Positions 56,775 to 64,000 of a stretch of DNA of 64,000 nt are shown here, piece by piece (the stretch's first letter is position 1; the number at the start of each line of letters is the position of its first letter). The notes beneath the pieces are model-generated. The model was not told the origin of the DNA. It searched no databases and worked only from the letters and a program-made list of their open reading frames with translations. The stretch lies in IMG/VR virus record IMGVR_UViG_3300027770_000026, positions 186,001-250,000 of that record, one strand, 5' to 3'. Position numbers and translations under genes: made by a program.

Positions 56775-57194
56775 TTACTTAAACCATCCAATCTTCTCAC
56801 CAGCAGCGACACGACGTTGCCATTCTGCGAGACTGCCTGGATAGCGTATTGCCCAAATCATCCAGAACGCCATGAATGCACTTACGCCCATAACCAATTT
56901 CCAGTTGTGGGTAGTAAGCCAAAGTATAACCAAACTTGCATCCATGCAAATGAACATGATCCATTTGGCCTTGCTTGGATAAACTTTTTTGTCTTTCCAG
57001 TTTGTAAGAAACGGGCCAAACAGCTTGTGATTCATCATCCAATTGTGCCATTTATCGCTGCTCTTAGCAAAGCAATATGCTGCTATGATTGTTGGTGTAC
57101 TCCAGGGAATACCGGGAGTAACCATACCAATATACGCAATACCCAAGCATATCATGCCTGCAACGAAAAACAATGCCTTCTTGATCTTGTCCAT
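56775..57194 (-). CDS. YbaN/DUF454-like inner membrane protein
   Basis: G..G...PGIP..TP.IIAAYCFAKSS.KWHNW.MNHKLFGP.L.NW...P.KAK. Confidence 0.8.
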   Translation of the reverse strand: MDKIKKALFFVAGMICLGIAYIGMVTPGIPWSTPTIIAAYCFAKSSDKWHNWMMNHKLFGPFLTNWKDKKVYPSKAKWIMFICMDASLVILWLTTHNWKLVMGVSAFMAFWMIWAIRYPGSLAEWQRRVAAGEKIGWFK

Positions 57195-57213
57195 AATTTA
57201 ATCCTCTAGGCAG

Positions 57214-57227
57214 TATTTACATAAGTA
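57214..57227. promoter_or_regulatory. Overlapping divergent late-type promoter variants (CATAAGTA +, TGTAAATA -)
   Basis: In the 38 nt gap between the DUF454 gene and heme oxygenase. Confidence 0.45.
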
Positions 57228-57232
57228 CTACT

Positions 57233-57787
57233 ATGAGCCTAAAAGAACTTACCAAAGACAAACATACTGCTGCGGAACATACGCCATTTATGCAGTCAGT
57301 GTTCAAACGCACAATGCCCGTTGAAATTTGGGCAGACTATACCCTAAACAAGATGCATTGGTACAATGCTATCGAAATGCGAGCAAGAGCTGCAGGTCTA
57401 TTGGAAGACCTTCCGGGGCTCGAACGTACATATCTACTGTATCAGGATTACAGAGCTATGTGTAAAGTTCCCAATCACTTCTACACTGTTAGCACCATGC
57501 GCTACTACACATACATTATGGATTTAGTTGATGTTGATGCCATCATGGCCCACTTGTATGTATGGCACATGGGCGACTTATATGGCGGGCAGATGATTAA
57601 GCAGATTATGGATCATGTGTCGCATCGTAATTTAGATTTTGATAATCCTGACTTGCTCAAAGCAAACATCCGAGTTAAGTTGCATGATGGCATGGCCAAT
57701 GAAGCTAACTGCGCATTTGATTGGGCAATACGTATTATGAACGAGTACAATGAGGCATTGACTAGTGGACATATGGCAAAAGGCTGA
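57233..57787 (+). CDS. hemO: Heme oxygenase
   Basis: LKELTKDKHTAAE proximal His helix; AHLYVWHMGDLYGGQMIK distal helix; EAN.AFDWAI. Confidence 0.92.
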   Translation: MSLKELTKDKHTAAEHTPFMQSVFKRTMPVEIWADYTLNKMHWYNAIEMRARAAGLLEDLPGLERTYLLYQDYRAMCKVPNHFYTVSTMRYYTYIMDLVDVDAIMAHLYVWHMGDLYGGQMIKQIMDHVSHRNLDFDNPDLLKANIRVKLHDGMANEANCAFDWAIRIMNEYNEALTSGHMAKG

Positions 57788-58436
57788 AGCTTGTGGCGAT
57801 AGAGTCGTGCAATTATTGCAGGGCATTGGCCCAGCAGTTGATCATCCTAGTAATCCTCCTACTACTTTTGGTTGGCACAGTTATATACACTCGTCTGACC
57901 GTGTACGCCGTGCCCACGTTGACATCATCGATGCAAGAGAGACACACAAATTATGGATCATGCACTGTTGCATATTTCCCCACGTAAATGATAATAGTCC
58001 TATTTTTGGTTTTGACATTATTAGCGGTCCTAGTCGCATTAGTGGAGCATTTCTAGACTTCTCTTTTGCAGGCGTTAATGACCATTCAATGATGAAATGG
58101 TTTGACCAACGTGTGACAAACTTAAATTGGAAGAAAGAGCGTCAACTGCCAGACTGGGCTGCTGCTATCTTTAGTCCTGCAATGGTAGCCGCAGGTGCAA
58201 TAACTGACGAACAGGAAGTTGATCAGTTAACAGGACTTGGTGTTGAATGTTTGGAGTACTATTTAGAGCATGTAGGCCGTCAGAGAAACGATCACAAGGA
58301 CAGTTATCACGAACAAAATAATTACTGTATAAACCAAAAGCGGAATCCACATACTCCACGGACTATGAATATATTGGGTCTTACGCCGGACCAAGTCACA
58401 GAGTTTTTCGAACACCTAATGTTTCCGGAACTTTAA
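57765..58436 (+). CDS. pcyX: Ferredoxin-dependent bilin reductase, PcyX/PcyA-like
   Basis: RRAHVDI, WIMHCCIFP, PIFGFDIISG, GAFLDFS, RQLPDWAAAIFS, QNNYCINQKRNPHT; overlaps hemO. Confidence 0.85.
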   Translation: MDIWQKAEACGDRVVQLLQGIGPAVDHPSNPPTTFGWHSYIHSSDRVRRAHVDIIDARETHKLWIMHCCIFPHVNDNSPIFGFDIISGPSRISGAFLDFSFAGVNDHSMMKWFDQRVTNLNWKKERQLPDWAAAIFSPAMVAAGAITDEQEVDQLTGLGVECLEYYLEHVGRQRNDHKDSYHEQNNYCINQKRNPHTPRTMNILGLTPDQVTEFFEHLMFPEL

Positions 58437-58795
58437 AAGTATTCTGCTGTTCCGTCGTCGTTTGCTCGCTTGTTAATCTTAGGTTTAGCTAGTGCATCAA
58501 CGTATTCGTCGTTTTCGCCTGCAACAAACGTACATAATGCTTTAACATATTGGTCCATGATATCACCGTCTGTTTCACCGGTATATCCTTCTACTTTTAG
58601 TTTGTCAATGAAAGCAGCATTCCAATCTAGTTCAAAGTAACCGTTGTGTGGCTGATCTGGATCAACATGCATCTTAACATCAACCCAGGGCTCGCCTTTC
58701 TTTGTGGCTTGATCCTTAGGTGATAGTACACGCTTCTTTTTTGGTGCGGGAGTGTTCTCTTCCCCTTGCGCTACACTAGTCTTCTTTCGTGCCAT
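58433..58795 (-). CDS. Conserved phage hypothetical protein
   Basis: KDQATKKGEPWV...GYFELDWN.AFI..L...GY.G. Confidence 0.65.
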   Translation of the reverse strand: MARKKTSVAQGEENTPAPKKKRVLSPKDQATKKGEPWVDVKMHVDPDQPHNGYFELDWNAAFIDKLKVEGYTGETDGDIMDQYVKALCTFVAGENDEYVDALAKPKINKRANDDGTAEYF

Positions 58796-58833
58796 TTTCT
58801 TTTATCCTCTTGAGATATTTAGCGAACGACTCT

Positions 58834-59097
58834 TCACTCACCGTATCTAATTCTGTACCAAAGCGTTGCTTCATCATCCAACTGTGCCCAGATTCTAACT
58901 TGGTAGGTTTGGGTGTCGTGTTCTGCTGCCACAGAGATTTCCACCGGGATGTCAAGCGATCTAACATATTCAATTTTACTCCTCTGTGGTTCTTGCTTAC
59001 AACAATGATCTACATAACTGCCTGGGTCCATACTATCGTATGAAATATCATCAATTTGAAATAACGCTATTACCGTATGCGTCATCAAGTACCCCAT
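58834..59097 (-). CDS. Small hypothetical protein
   Basis: Follows queE; ends TYQVRIWAQL...ATLWYRIRYGE. Confidence 0.55.
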   Translation of the reverse strand: MGYLMTHTVIALFQIDDISYDSMDPGSYVDHCCKQEPQRSKIEYVRSLDIPVEISVAAEHDTQTYQVRIWAQLDDEATLWYRIRYGE

Positions 59098-59951
59098 GCA
59101 TTCTTAAACAAGTCACATTGTAGTCGTGGGCTATACCACCAACCTTCCTGCATGGCAAGTTCTGCTACCTGACGTGCATTAAGGAAGTATGAATCCACAG
59201 TGCCACCAACCGGCATTAGATAGACCGGACAATGTACACCAGCAGCTTGATAAAGGCTAACAGCACGACGAACATCATCAAGATCATGCATATTACTAAC
59301 CACAAACTTGAGATAAAAACTGCTCCCACCGCCAGACACCATATTATAATAACTTCTAGCAATGTCAGGTTGTATAGCCTCTTCCCAAGCTTCACCACTG
59401 ATTGATAGTTTGGGACTGCAACTCCACGTAACGTGGATGTTACTTTGCGTCTCAAAAAACGTAGCCAACTCCTTGGTGATCTTTTGCGTAGTGTTTGTTT
59501 CAAACGTGACATTCTTTAGGTCTGCAAGCAATGGGTGTTGCAATAATTGTATATAGCTCTTTTGCCATCCTAGCAGTGGTTCTCCGCCAGTGATAACCAA
59601 ATGAATGTCTCGTCCGTTATCCTGTGTCCACTTGCCATTAGGAATAATGTCCACAAAACGTTTTGCAATTTCGTCAATAGTTAGTGTGGGGCTAAACTTC
59701 TTAAATTTAGGATGCCAACTTGCATAACTATCACATCCAGTTGGTGCAAGCGGCAAAGAATCATAACTATCGTACTTGCTAAGTTGATTAGCAATACGTT
59801 CGGGCTCATCGCTGCGTTCACCAAGCGGTAAGCCAAATCCTCTACACTGGAAGTTACATCCAAATGTACGGAAGAACACACTGGGCACACCTGCCCAACG
59901 TCCTTCACCTTGTATGCTGTAAAAGATTTCTGCTGTTTTAATCTTGCTCAT
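59085..59951 (-). CDS. queE: 7-carboxy-7-deazaguanine synthase (radical SAM)
   Basis: EIFYSIQGEG..GVPSVFFRTFGCNFQC...CDS, VITGGEP, ETN, SPKL, SPRLQ. Confidence 0.9.
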   Translation of the reverse strand: MSKIKTAEIFYSIQGEGRWAGVPSVFFRTFGCNFQCRGFGLPLGERSDEPERIANQLSKYDSYDSLPLAPTGCDSYASWHPKFKKFSPTLTIDEIAKRFVDIIPNGKWTQDNGRDIHLVITGGEPLLGWQKSYIQLLQHPLLADLKNVTFETNTTQKITKELATFFETQSNIHVTWSCSPKLSISGEAWEEAIQPDIARSYYNMVSGGGSSFYLKFVVSNMHDLDDVRRAVSLYQAAGVHCPVYLMPVGGTVDSYFLNARQVAELAMQEGWWYSPRLQCDLFKNAWGT

Positions 59952-60799
59952 GGTAAGTTGTTCTCTATTAGGAATTTTTCATATACTTCCTGCCAGGACT
60001 CGGATTGCAATATATTGGTACTGGTCATTTGTGTATTGAGTGGACGCTTTGCTGGTTTATTTAGGTTAGCTAGTTTGCTAGGTACAATTTCTGTAGACAG
60101 ATTATACGCTAGTTTAATGCACTTTGCAAATTCATAAAAGCTATCGCCGTAATTTGCTCGCGGTACAAGATGATTGAGCCCGCGGTCCAACTTCAAACGT
60201 TCCCATGTCTTCCTTGCAATCCAATCACTACTAGTTGGAACGGTGAATTGATCATTAACTACTTCTATTCTATCCTTAGTTGCAGCCGCACATAGTATTG
60301 CAGTATGAAAGTTCTTATTACTTGTAGAATATACTGCAGATACTCGATAGATGGTATAGGAGGTGGTATATGACATCACTTCTTCTTCGCCATCAGACTT
60401 GCTGCTCCCATAAAAGTTTACGGGATTCTTATCCGACTGTTCAACATACTTTCCGGTTAAATCAGTAAAACCGTCAAACACATAATCAGTAGAATAATGT
60501 ACTAGATGAAAGCCCATGTTATTACTGAGCCGTGCAAGCTGTGCAGGAAATTGAACATTAGCATGCCAGCAAAGATGCCTATTCATCACATCTTCGGAGC
60601 CGTCTACGTCAGTATATGCAGCAGCATTGATTACGTATTTAGGGGCAACTGCACGAACAAAACGTTCAACTGCAGGCGAGTCCACAAGATCAAATTTGGA
60701 TCTATCATGCGCAATGATTTCATAATCACTAGGTGCAAACTTTTGTAGACTAGTGCCTACTTGACCAGTTGCACCAAAGATTAGTACACGGTCACCCAT
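59948..60799 (-). CDS. rmlD: dTDP-4-dehydrorhamnose reductase
   Basis: GATGQVG, INAAAYTDVD, YSTDYVFDG, NFYGSSK, VNDQ, AKRP. Confidence 0.9.
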   Translation of the reverse strand: MGDRVLIFGATGQVGTSLQKFAPSDYEIIAHDRSKFDLVDSPAVERFVRAVAPKYVINAAAYTDVDGSEDVMNRHLCWHANVQFPAQLARLSNNMGFHLVHYSTDYVFDGFTDLTGKYVEQSDKNPVNFYGSSKSDGEEEVMSYTTSYTIYRVSAVYSTSNKNFHTAILCAAATKDRIEVVNDQFTVPTSSDWIARKTWERLKLDRGLNHLVPRANYGDSFYEFAKCIKLAYNLSTEIVPSKLANLNKPAKRPLNTQMTSTNILQSESWQEVYEKFLIENNLP

Positions 60800-61352
60800 A
60801 ATGTACTGCCTGCGTAACATCAATGCCCGTGCGGTCCTTATCAGCTTGAATTATCTGATTACGCATTGGAAGTAGATAACTTGTAAACTCGTCAACACTC
60901 CAAAAGTTGATGCAATACTCGTCGTCCTTCTGCCATAAGCTCTTAGTGACACCATAGTTAAAAATAGTGTTGTCTTCTAGCGCAAGGAAGCCATGCGCGT
61001 ATCCGGGCGGCACATAGAGATAATTGAGATTCTCCGTACTAAGTTCAAAGATACCAGTGTTTAGATAGGTTGGTGAATCCTTACGCAGGTCAATAACAAA
61101 GTCAACTGCACTACCTTGAATCACACTTACTAGCTTACCCTGTGGATTCTTTAGCTGGTAATGCAATCCACGTAGCACATACTTCTTGTTATATGAAGTG
61201 TTTTGCTGCAGTACTTCAAACTCTTTTTCCCAACCAAACCACGAATGATTATATGTTTCTTGAAATGATCCACGATTGTCTGCAAAGTTCTTAAACTGAT
61301 ACAGGCGTAGGTCGTTGAGATTTTCAAACATTTCGTAAGTTTTTTCATTCAT
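60792..61352 (-). CDS. rmlC: dTDP-4-dehydrorhamnose 3,5-epimerase
   Basis: DNRGSFQE, VLRGLHYQ..PQGKLV, DLRKDSPT, PPGYAHGF. Confidence 0.92.
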   Translation of the reverse strand: MNEKTYEMFENLNDLRLYQFKNFADNRGSFQETYNHSWFGWEKEFEVLQQNTSYNKKYVLRGLHYQLKNPQGKLVSVIQGSAVDFVIDLRKDSPTYLNTGIFELSTENLNYLYVPPGYAHGFLALEDNTIFNYGVTKSLWQKDDEYCINFWSVDEFTSYLLPMRNQIIQADKDRTGIDVTQAVHYG

Positions 61353-62236
61353 CGAATTAGTTTCCATAGGTATTGTCCGTAAGGGGTCTTGTCGCATAGT
61401 TTAGCAGTAACTGCTAGGTCTTCGTGTAATATCCATTCATTTTTGAATGCAGCCAAATGTGGAGAGCCTATTAGTACATTCTGCGTAGTCTGCATTATAT
61501 GTACATATTCAGCAGCTTGCAAGAGCGATGGTGCATTACCCGTGTCAAACCAAACAGTACCTTCGTCTAGAATTGTTACAAACAGTTCTTCGCGATTGGC
61601 ATACTCTTTGTTAACATCGGTAATTTCAAACTCGCCTCGATCGGATGGTTTTAAGTTAGCAGCAATTTCAAATATGGACGTTGGATAGAAATACAATCCA
61701 GTTACTGCGAGGTCGCTCTTTGGTTCCTTTGGCTTTTCTTCCAAAGAAAGCACACGACCATGATCATCTAATTCTACTACGCCAAATCGTTCTGGATCCT
61801 GTACATGCATGGCGAAGCATACTGCATTCTTTGCAGCTCGTGCTAACTGCAATGCTATATCAAACTTTGACCCATGGAATAGATTGTCTCCAAGTATCAA
61901 TGCAATACGTTCAAATTGATCATATCCATCGATTTGGTCTGCTACAATAGTAAATGCTTGTGCAATACCACGTGGCTTTGGCTGTACTGCAAAATGCAAG
62001 TTAATGCCAAACTGTTGCCCTGCACCCTCGAACAATTTTTTAAATACTGTTTGCTCGTCTGGGTTTGTGATTAGTACAACGTCCCTAATACCTGCAGTAA
62101 TTAGTGTAGTTAGTGCATAGTAGATCAGTGGCTTGTCGTATACAGGTACTACCTGTTTAGTACATGCTAGTGTTGCAGGGAAAAGACGTGAACTCTTGCC
62201 CGCGGCAAGAATAATGCCCAGTGTTTTTCTATCCAT
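61349..62236 (-). CDS. rmlA: Glucose-1-phosphate thymidylyltransferase
   Basis: GIILAAGKSSRLFPAT...KQ..PVYDKP, LILGDN, EEKP..PKS..AVTGLYFY, RGEFEITD, WFDTG. Confidence 0.94.
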   Translation of the reverse strand: MDRKTLGIILAAGKSSRLFPATLACTKQVVPVYDKPLIYYALTTLITAGIRDVVLITNPDEQTVFKKLFEGAGQQFGINLHFAVQPKPRGIAQAFTIVADQIDGYDQFERIALILGDNLFHGSKFDIALQLARAAKNAVCFAMHVQDPERFGVVELDDHGRVLSLEEKPKEPKSDLAVTGLYFYPTSIFEIAANLKPSDRGEFEITDVNKEYANREELFVTILDEGTVWFDTGNAPSLLQAAEYVHIMQTTQNVLIGSPHLAAFKNEWILHEDLAVTAKLCDKTPYGQYLWKLIR

Positions 62237-63210
62237 TATTGAAACCTTTCTGGTCGTTGTAAGTACCAATCAACGGTACGCTCGAGTCCCTGTGTAAAAC
62301 TCATGTTAGCTTGCCAACCTAATGATTGTAGCTTGCTACTATCTATCGCATACCTAAAGTCGTGCCCTGCTCGATCAGTAACATAACTGATTAGGCTTTT
62401 GGACTTGCCCATGATCTCAAGTATGCGCGTGGCAAGGTCAATATTATTAACTTCATTATCGCCGCCAATGCAGTATTGTTCGCCTAGATTACCATGCAGT
62501 AGTAGTGTTTCTAGTGCAGTGCAATGATCATCTACCCATAGCCAGTCGCGTATGTTCATACCATTGCCGTATACAGGAATTGGTTTGTCTGCTAGCGCAT
62601 GGCGTATAACAGTAGGAATAAACTTTTCCTTGTTCTGTCTTGGTCCATAGTTATTACTACAGTTACTAATCATTGCAGGAACATTGTGTGTTTGATAGTA
62701 CGAACGCACAAAGTGATCACTAGCTGCTTTGCTAGCACTGTATGGACTATTAGGAGCATACTGACTTAGTTCATTAAATGGTTCATCATGTTCACGTAAA
62801 GACCCAAAAACTTCGTCTGTACTTACATGCAGGAATCGAAATTCTTTGCTTACCTTTCTCATGTAAAAACGTACACTATCTAGAAAGTTAACAGTGCCCA
62901 TTACATTATGTTTAACAAATGGTCCACTACTTTCAATGGATCGGTCTACGTGACTTTCAGCAGCAAAATGTACGATATAATCTGGTTCAAAGTAGCATAG
63001 AACCTTCTTGTTCATAGTTACATGATTGATATCGTCTTTGAGGAATATATAATTGGGATGATGTTCGAGCTCTGCAACATTATCTATATTAGCAGCATAG
63101 CTCATTATGTCCAAATTGACCAAACGCCAGTCTGGATAATTCTGCGCCCAATGCAGTAGGAAGTTGCTGCCAATAAAGCCGCAACCGCCTGTGATAAAAA
63201 TTGTTTTCAT
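62236..63210 (-). CDS. rmlB: dTDP-glucose 4,6-dehydratase
   Basis: TGGCGFIGSN, HFAAESHVDRSI, HVSTDEVFG, PNSPYSASKA, CSNNYGP, RDWL.V.DH, DRAGHD.RYAID. Confidence 0.95.
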   Translation of the reverse strand: MKTIFITGGCGFIGSNFLLHWAQNYPDWRLVNLDIMSYAANIDNVAELEHHPNYIFLKDDINHVTMNKKVLCYFEPDYIVHFAAESHVDRSIESSGPFVKHNVMGTVNFLDSVRFYMRKVSKEFRFLHVSTDEVFGSLREHDEPFNELSQYAPNSPYSASKAASDHFVRSYYQTHNVPAMISNCSNNYGPRQNKEKFIPTVIRHALADKPIPVYGNGMNIRDWLWVDDHCTALETLLLHGNLGEQYCIGGDNEVNNIDLATRILEIMGKSKSLISYVTDRAGHDFRYAIDSSKLQSLGWQANMSFTQGLERTVDWYLQRPERFQ

Positions 63211-63211
63211 A

Positions 63212-63427
63212 CTAGGATTTATTTGACTTACGAGCAGTGTGCCAATTTAAACTGCAGTTGGGACTACAGAACACTATAGTTACAATATCTTTGGGAGTAG
63301 GACCTGCAATCCAGTACTTTGGGTAACCGCTATCAACATAATGTTCATTCCATGCTGACAACAGTAAACCGCATTGACCGCATGTTAATTGCTGATCCAC
63401 CAATTCTCCCATGGGTAATCTACCCAC
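63212..63427 (-). CDS. Small putative zinc-binding protein
   Basis: CGQC ... FCSPNC. Confidence 0.45.
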   Translation of the reverse strand: MGRLPMGELVDQQLTCGQCGLLLSAWNEHYVDSGYPKYWIAGPTPKDIVTIVFCSPNCSLNWHTARKSNKS

Positions 63428-63948
63428 ACATCTTCTTCTGCCTTGTTGATTTCTTGTCCAATAAAGTCTACTTTAATCTTGCTCTGACTGGCCAAATTAT
63501 CTAGTAGTACAGCAAAGCAAACATTGTTGTTCCATACGTTCTTCCAATGTTCGTCCATTGAAATGCCAGCGGTCATCCAGCTGTTCATAATAGCATTGAT
63601 GGTTGCACCGGTATCGTTGATATCATCTACGATGAGAATATTTTTAGGAATAGCATTAGCTAATAGCTCAGTAGGATCGTCATTGAAGAAATCAATTTCT
63701 TCGTTGGAGTCGCCTAGTGCATCATCAATCATCCACTTATGAACTTCAACTTCACTAGCGTCTCGCAGACTTACTCGCAATGTGTGACATGGTACTTGAT
63801 AATACTGACTGATCATTACAGCAGGAATCAAACCACCACGAGTAATGCCAACCACATAGTCTGGCTTCCAATTGTTCAGCGTCATCTTTCGGATGATCTC
63901 GCTTGTTAGATTACTAACGTCCTGCCAGGTAACTTGTTGATGTTTCAC
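63385..63948 (-). CDS. Purine phosphoribosyltransferase (Gpt/Hpt-like)
   Basis: DYVVGITRGGLIPA, ILIVDDINDTGAT PRPP loop, WVDYPWE. Confidence 0.88.
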   Translation of the reverse strand: MKHQQVTWQDVSNLTSEIIRKMTLNNWKPDYVVGITRGGLIPAVMISQYYQVPCHTLRVSLRDASEVEVHKWMIDDALGDSNEEIDFFNDDPTELLANAIPKNILIVDDINDTGATINAIMNSWMTAGISMDEHWKNVWNNNVCFAVLLDNLASQSKIKVDFIGQEINKAEEDVWVDYPWENWWISN

Positions 63949-64000
63949 TTGGATTGTCCGGTTAATAGTGCTTCGGTAATACGATATACATTACACGCTT

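Noticed and set aside
57233-58436. Interpretation as a classic cyanophage photosynthesis auxiliary cassette
   Set aside because: No psbA, hli, pebS, cpeT or petF in the window, and IHF boxes plus GC-rich early genes point away from cyanobacteria; cannot be fully excluded without the whole genome
58776-58973. 65 aa ORF overlapping the 58834-59097 gene
   Set aside because: Same strand, different frame, no motif; the 87 aa ORF fits the operon better

Overview
64 kb of a large T4-related (jumbo-type) myophage genome, with no host chromosomal genes. Left to right: baseplate module (gp7/6/25/5/27/53/48-like, minus strand); gp55 late sigma factor with gp47/gp46; small accessory genes; a ~550 nt structured non-coding region; tail chaperone, tape measure, portal, protease, scaffold and major capsid genes; a methyltransferase and a triple-domain glycosyltransferase; a 2605 aa fibre and a collagen-like fibre; then a mostly minus-strand block (thyX, DNA ligase, bL12-like domain, MoxR/vWA pair, queD, glutaredoxin, RNase H, heme oxygenase plus bilin reductase, queE, rmlBACD, PRTase). 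The main observation is that the 2605 aa virion fibre carries ten tandem ~150-170 aa helical repeats, alternating between two types. Each has a C-x-R-D motif in a context closely resembling the bilin-binding helix of phycobiliproteins. The same window encodes heme oxygenase and a PcyX/PcyA-like bilin reductase behind a late-type promoter. Together these suggest a phage that makes bilin pigment and attaches it to its own virion. This was recognised by eye and needs HMM, structural and biochemical confirmation. Other leads are a late-promoter-driven candidate large ncRNA next to a GIY-YIG gene, a -1 frameshift in the tail chaperone pair, a possible virion glycosylation pathway, and IHF-box-flanked early promoters that point to a non-cyanobacterial host.
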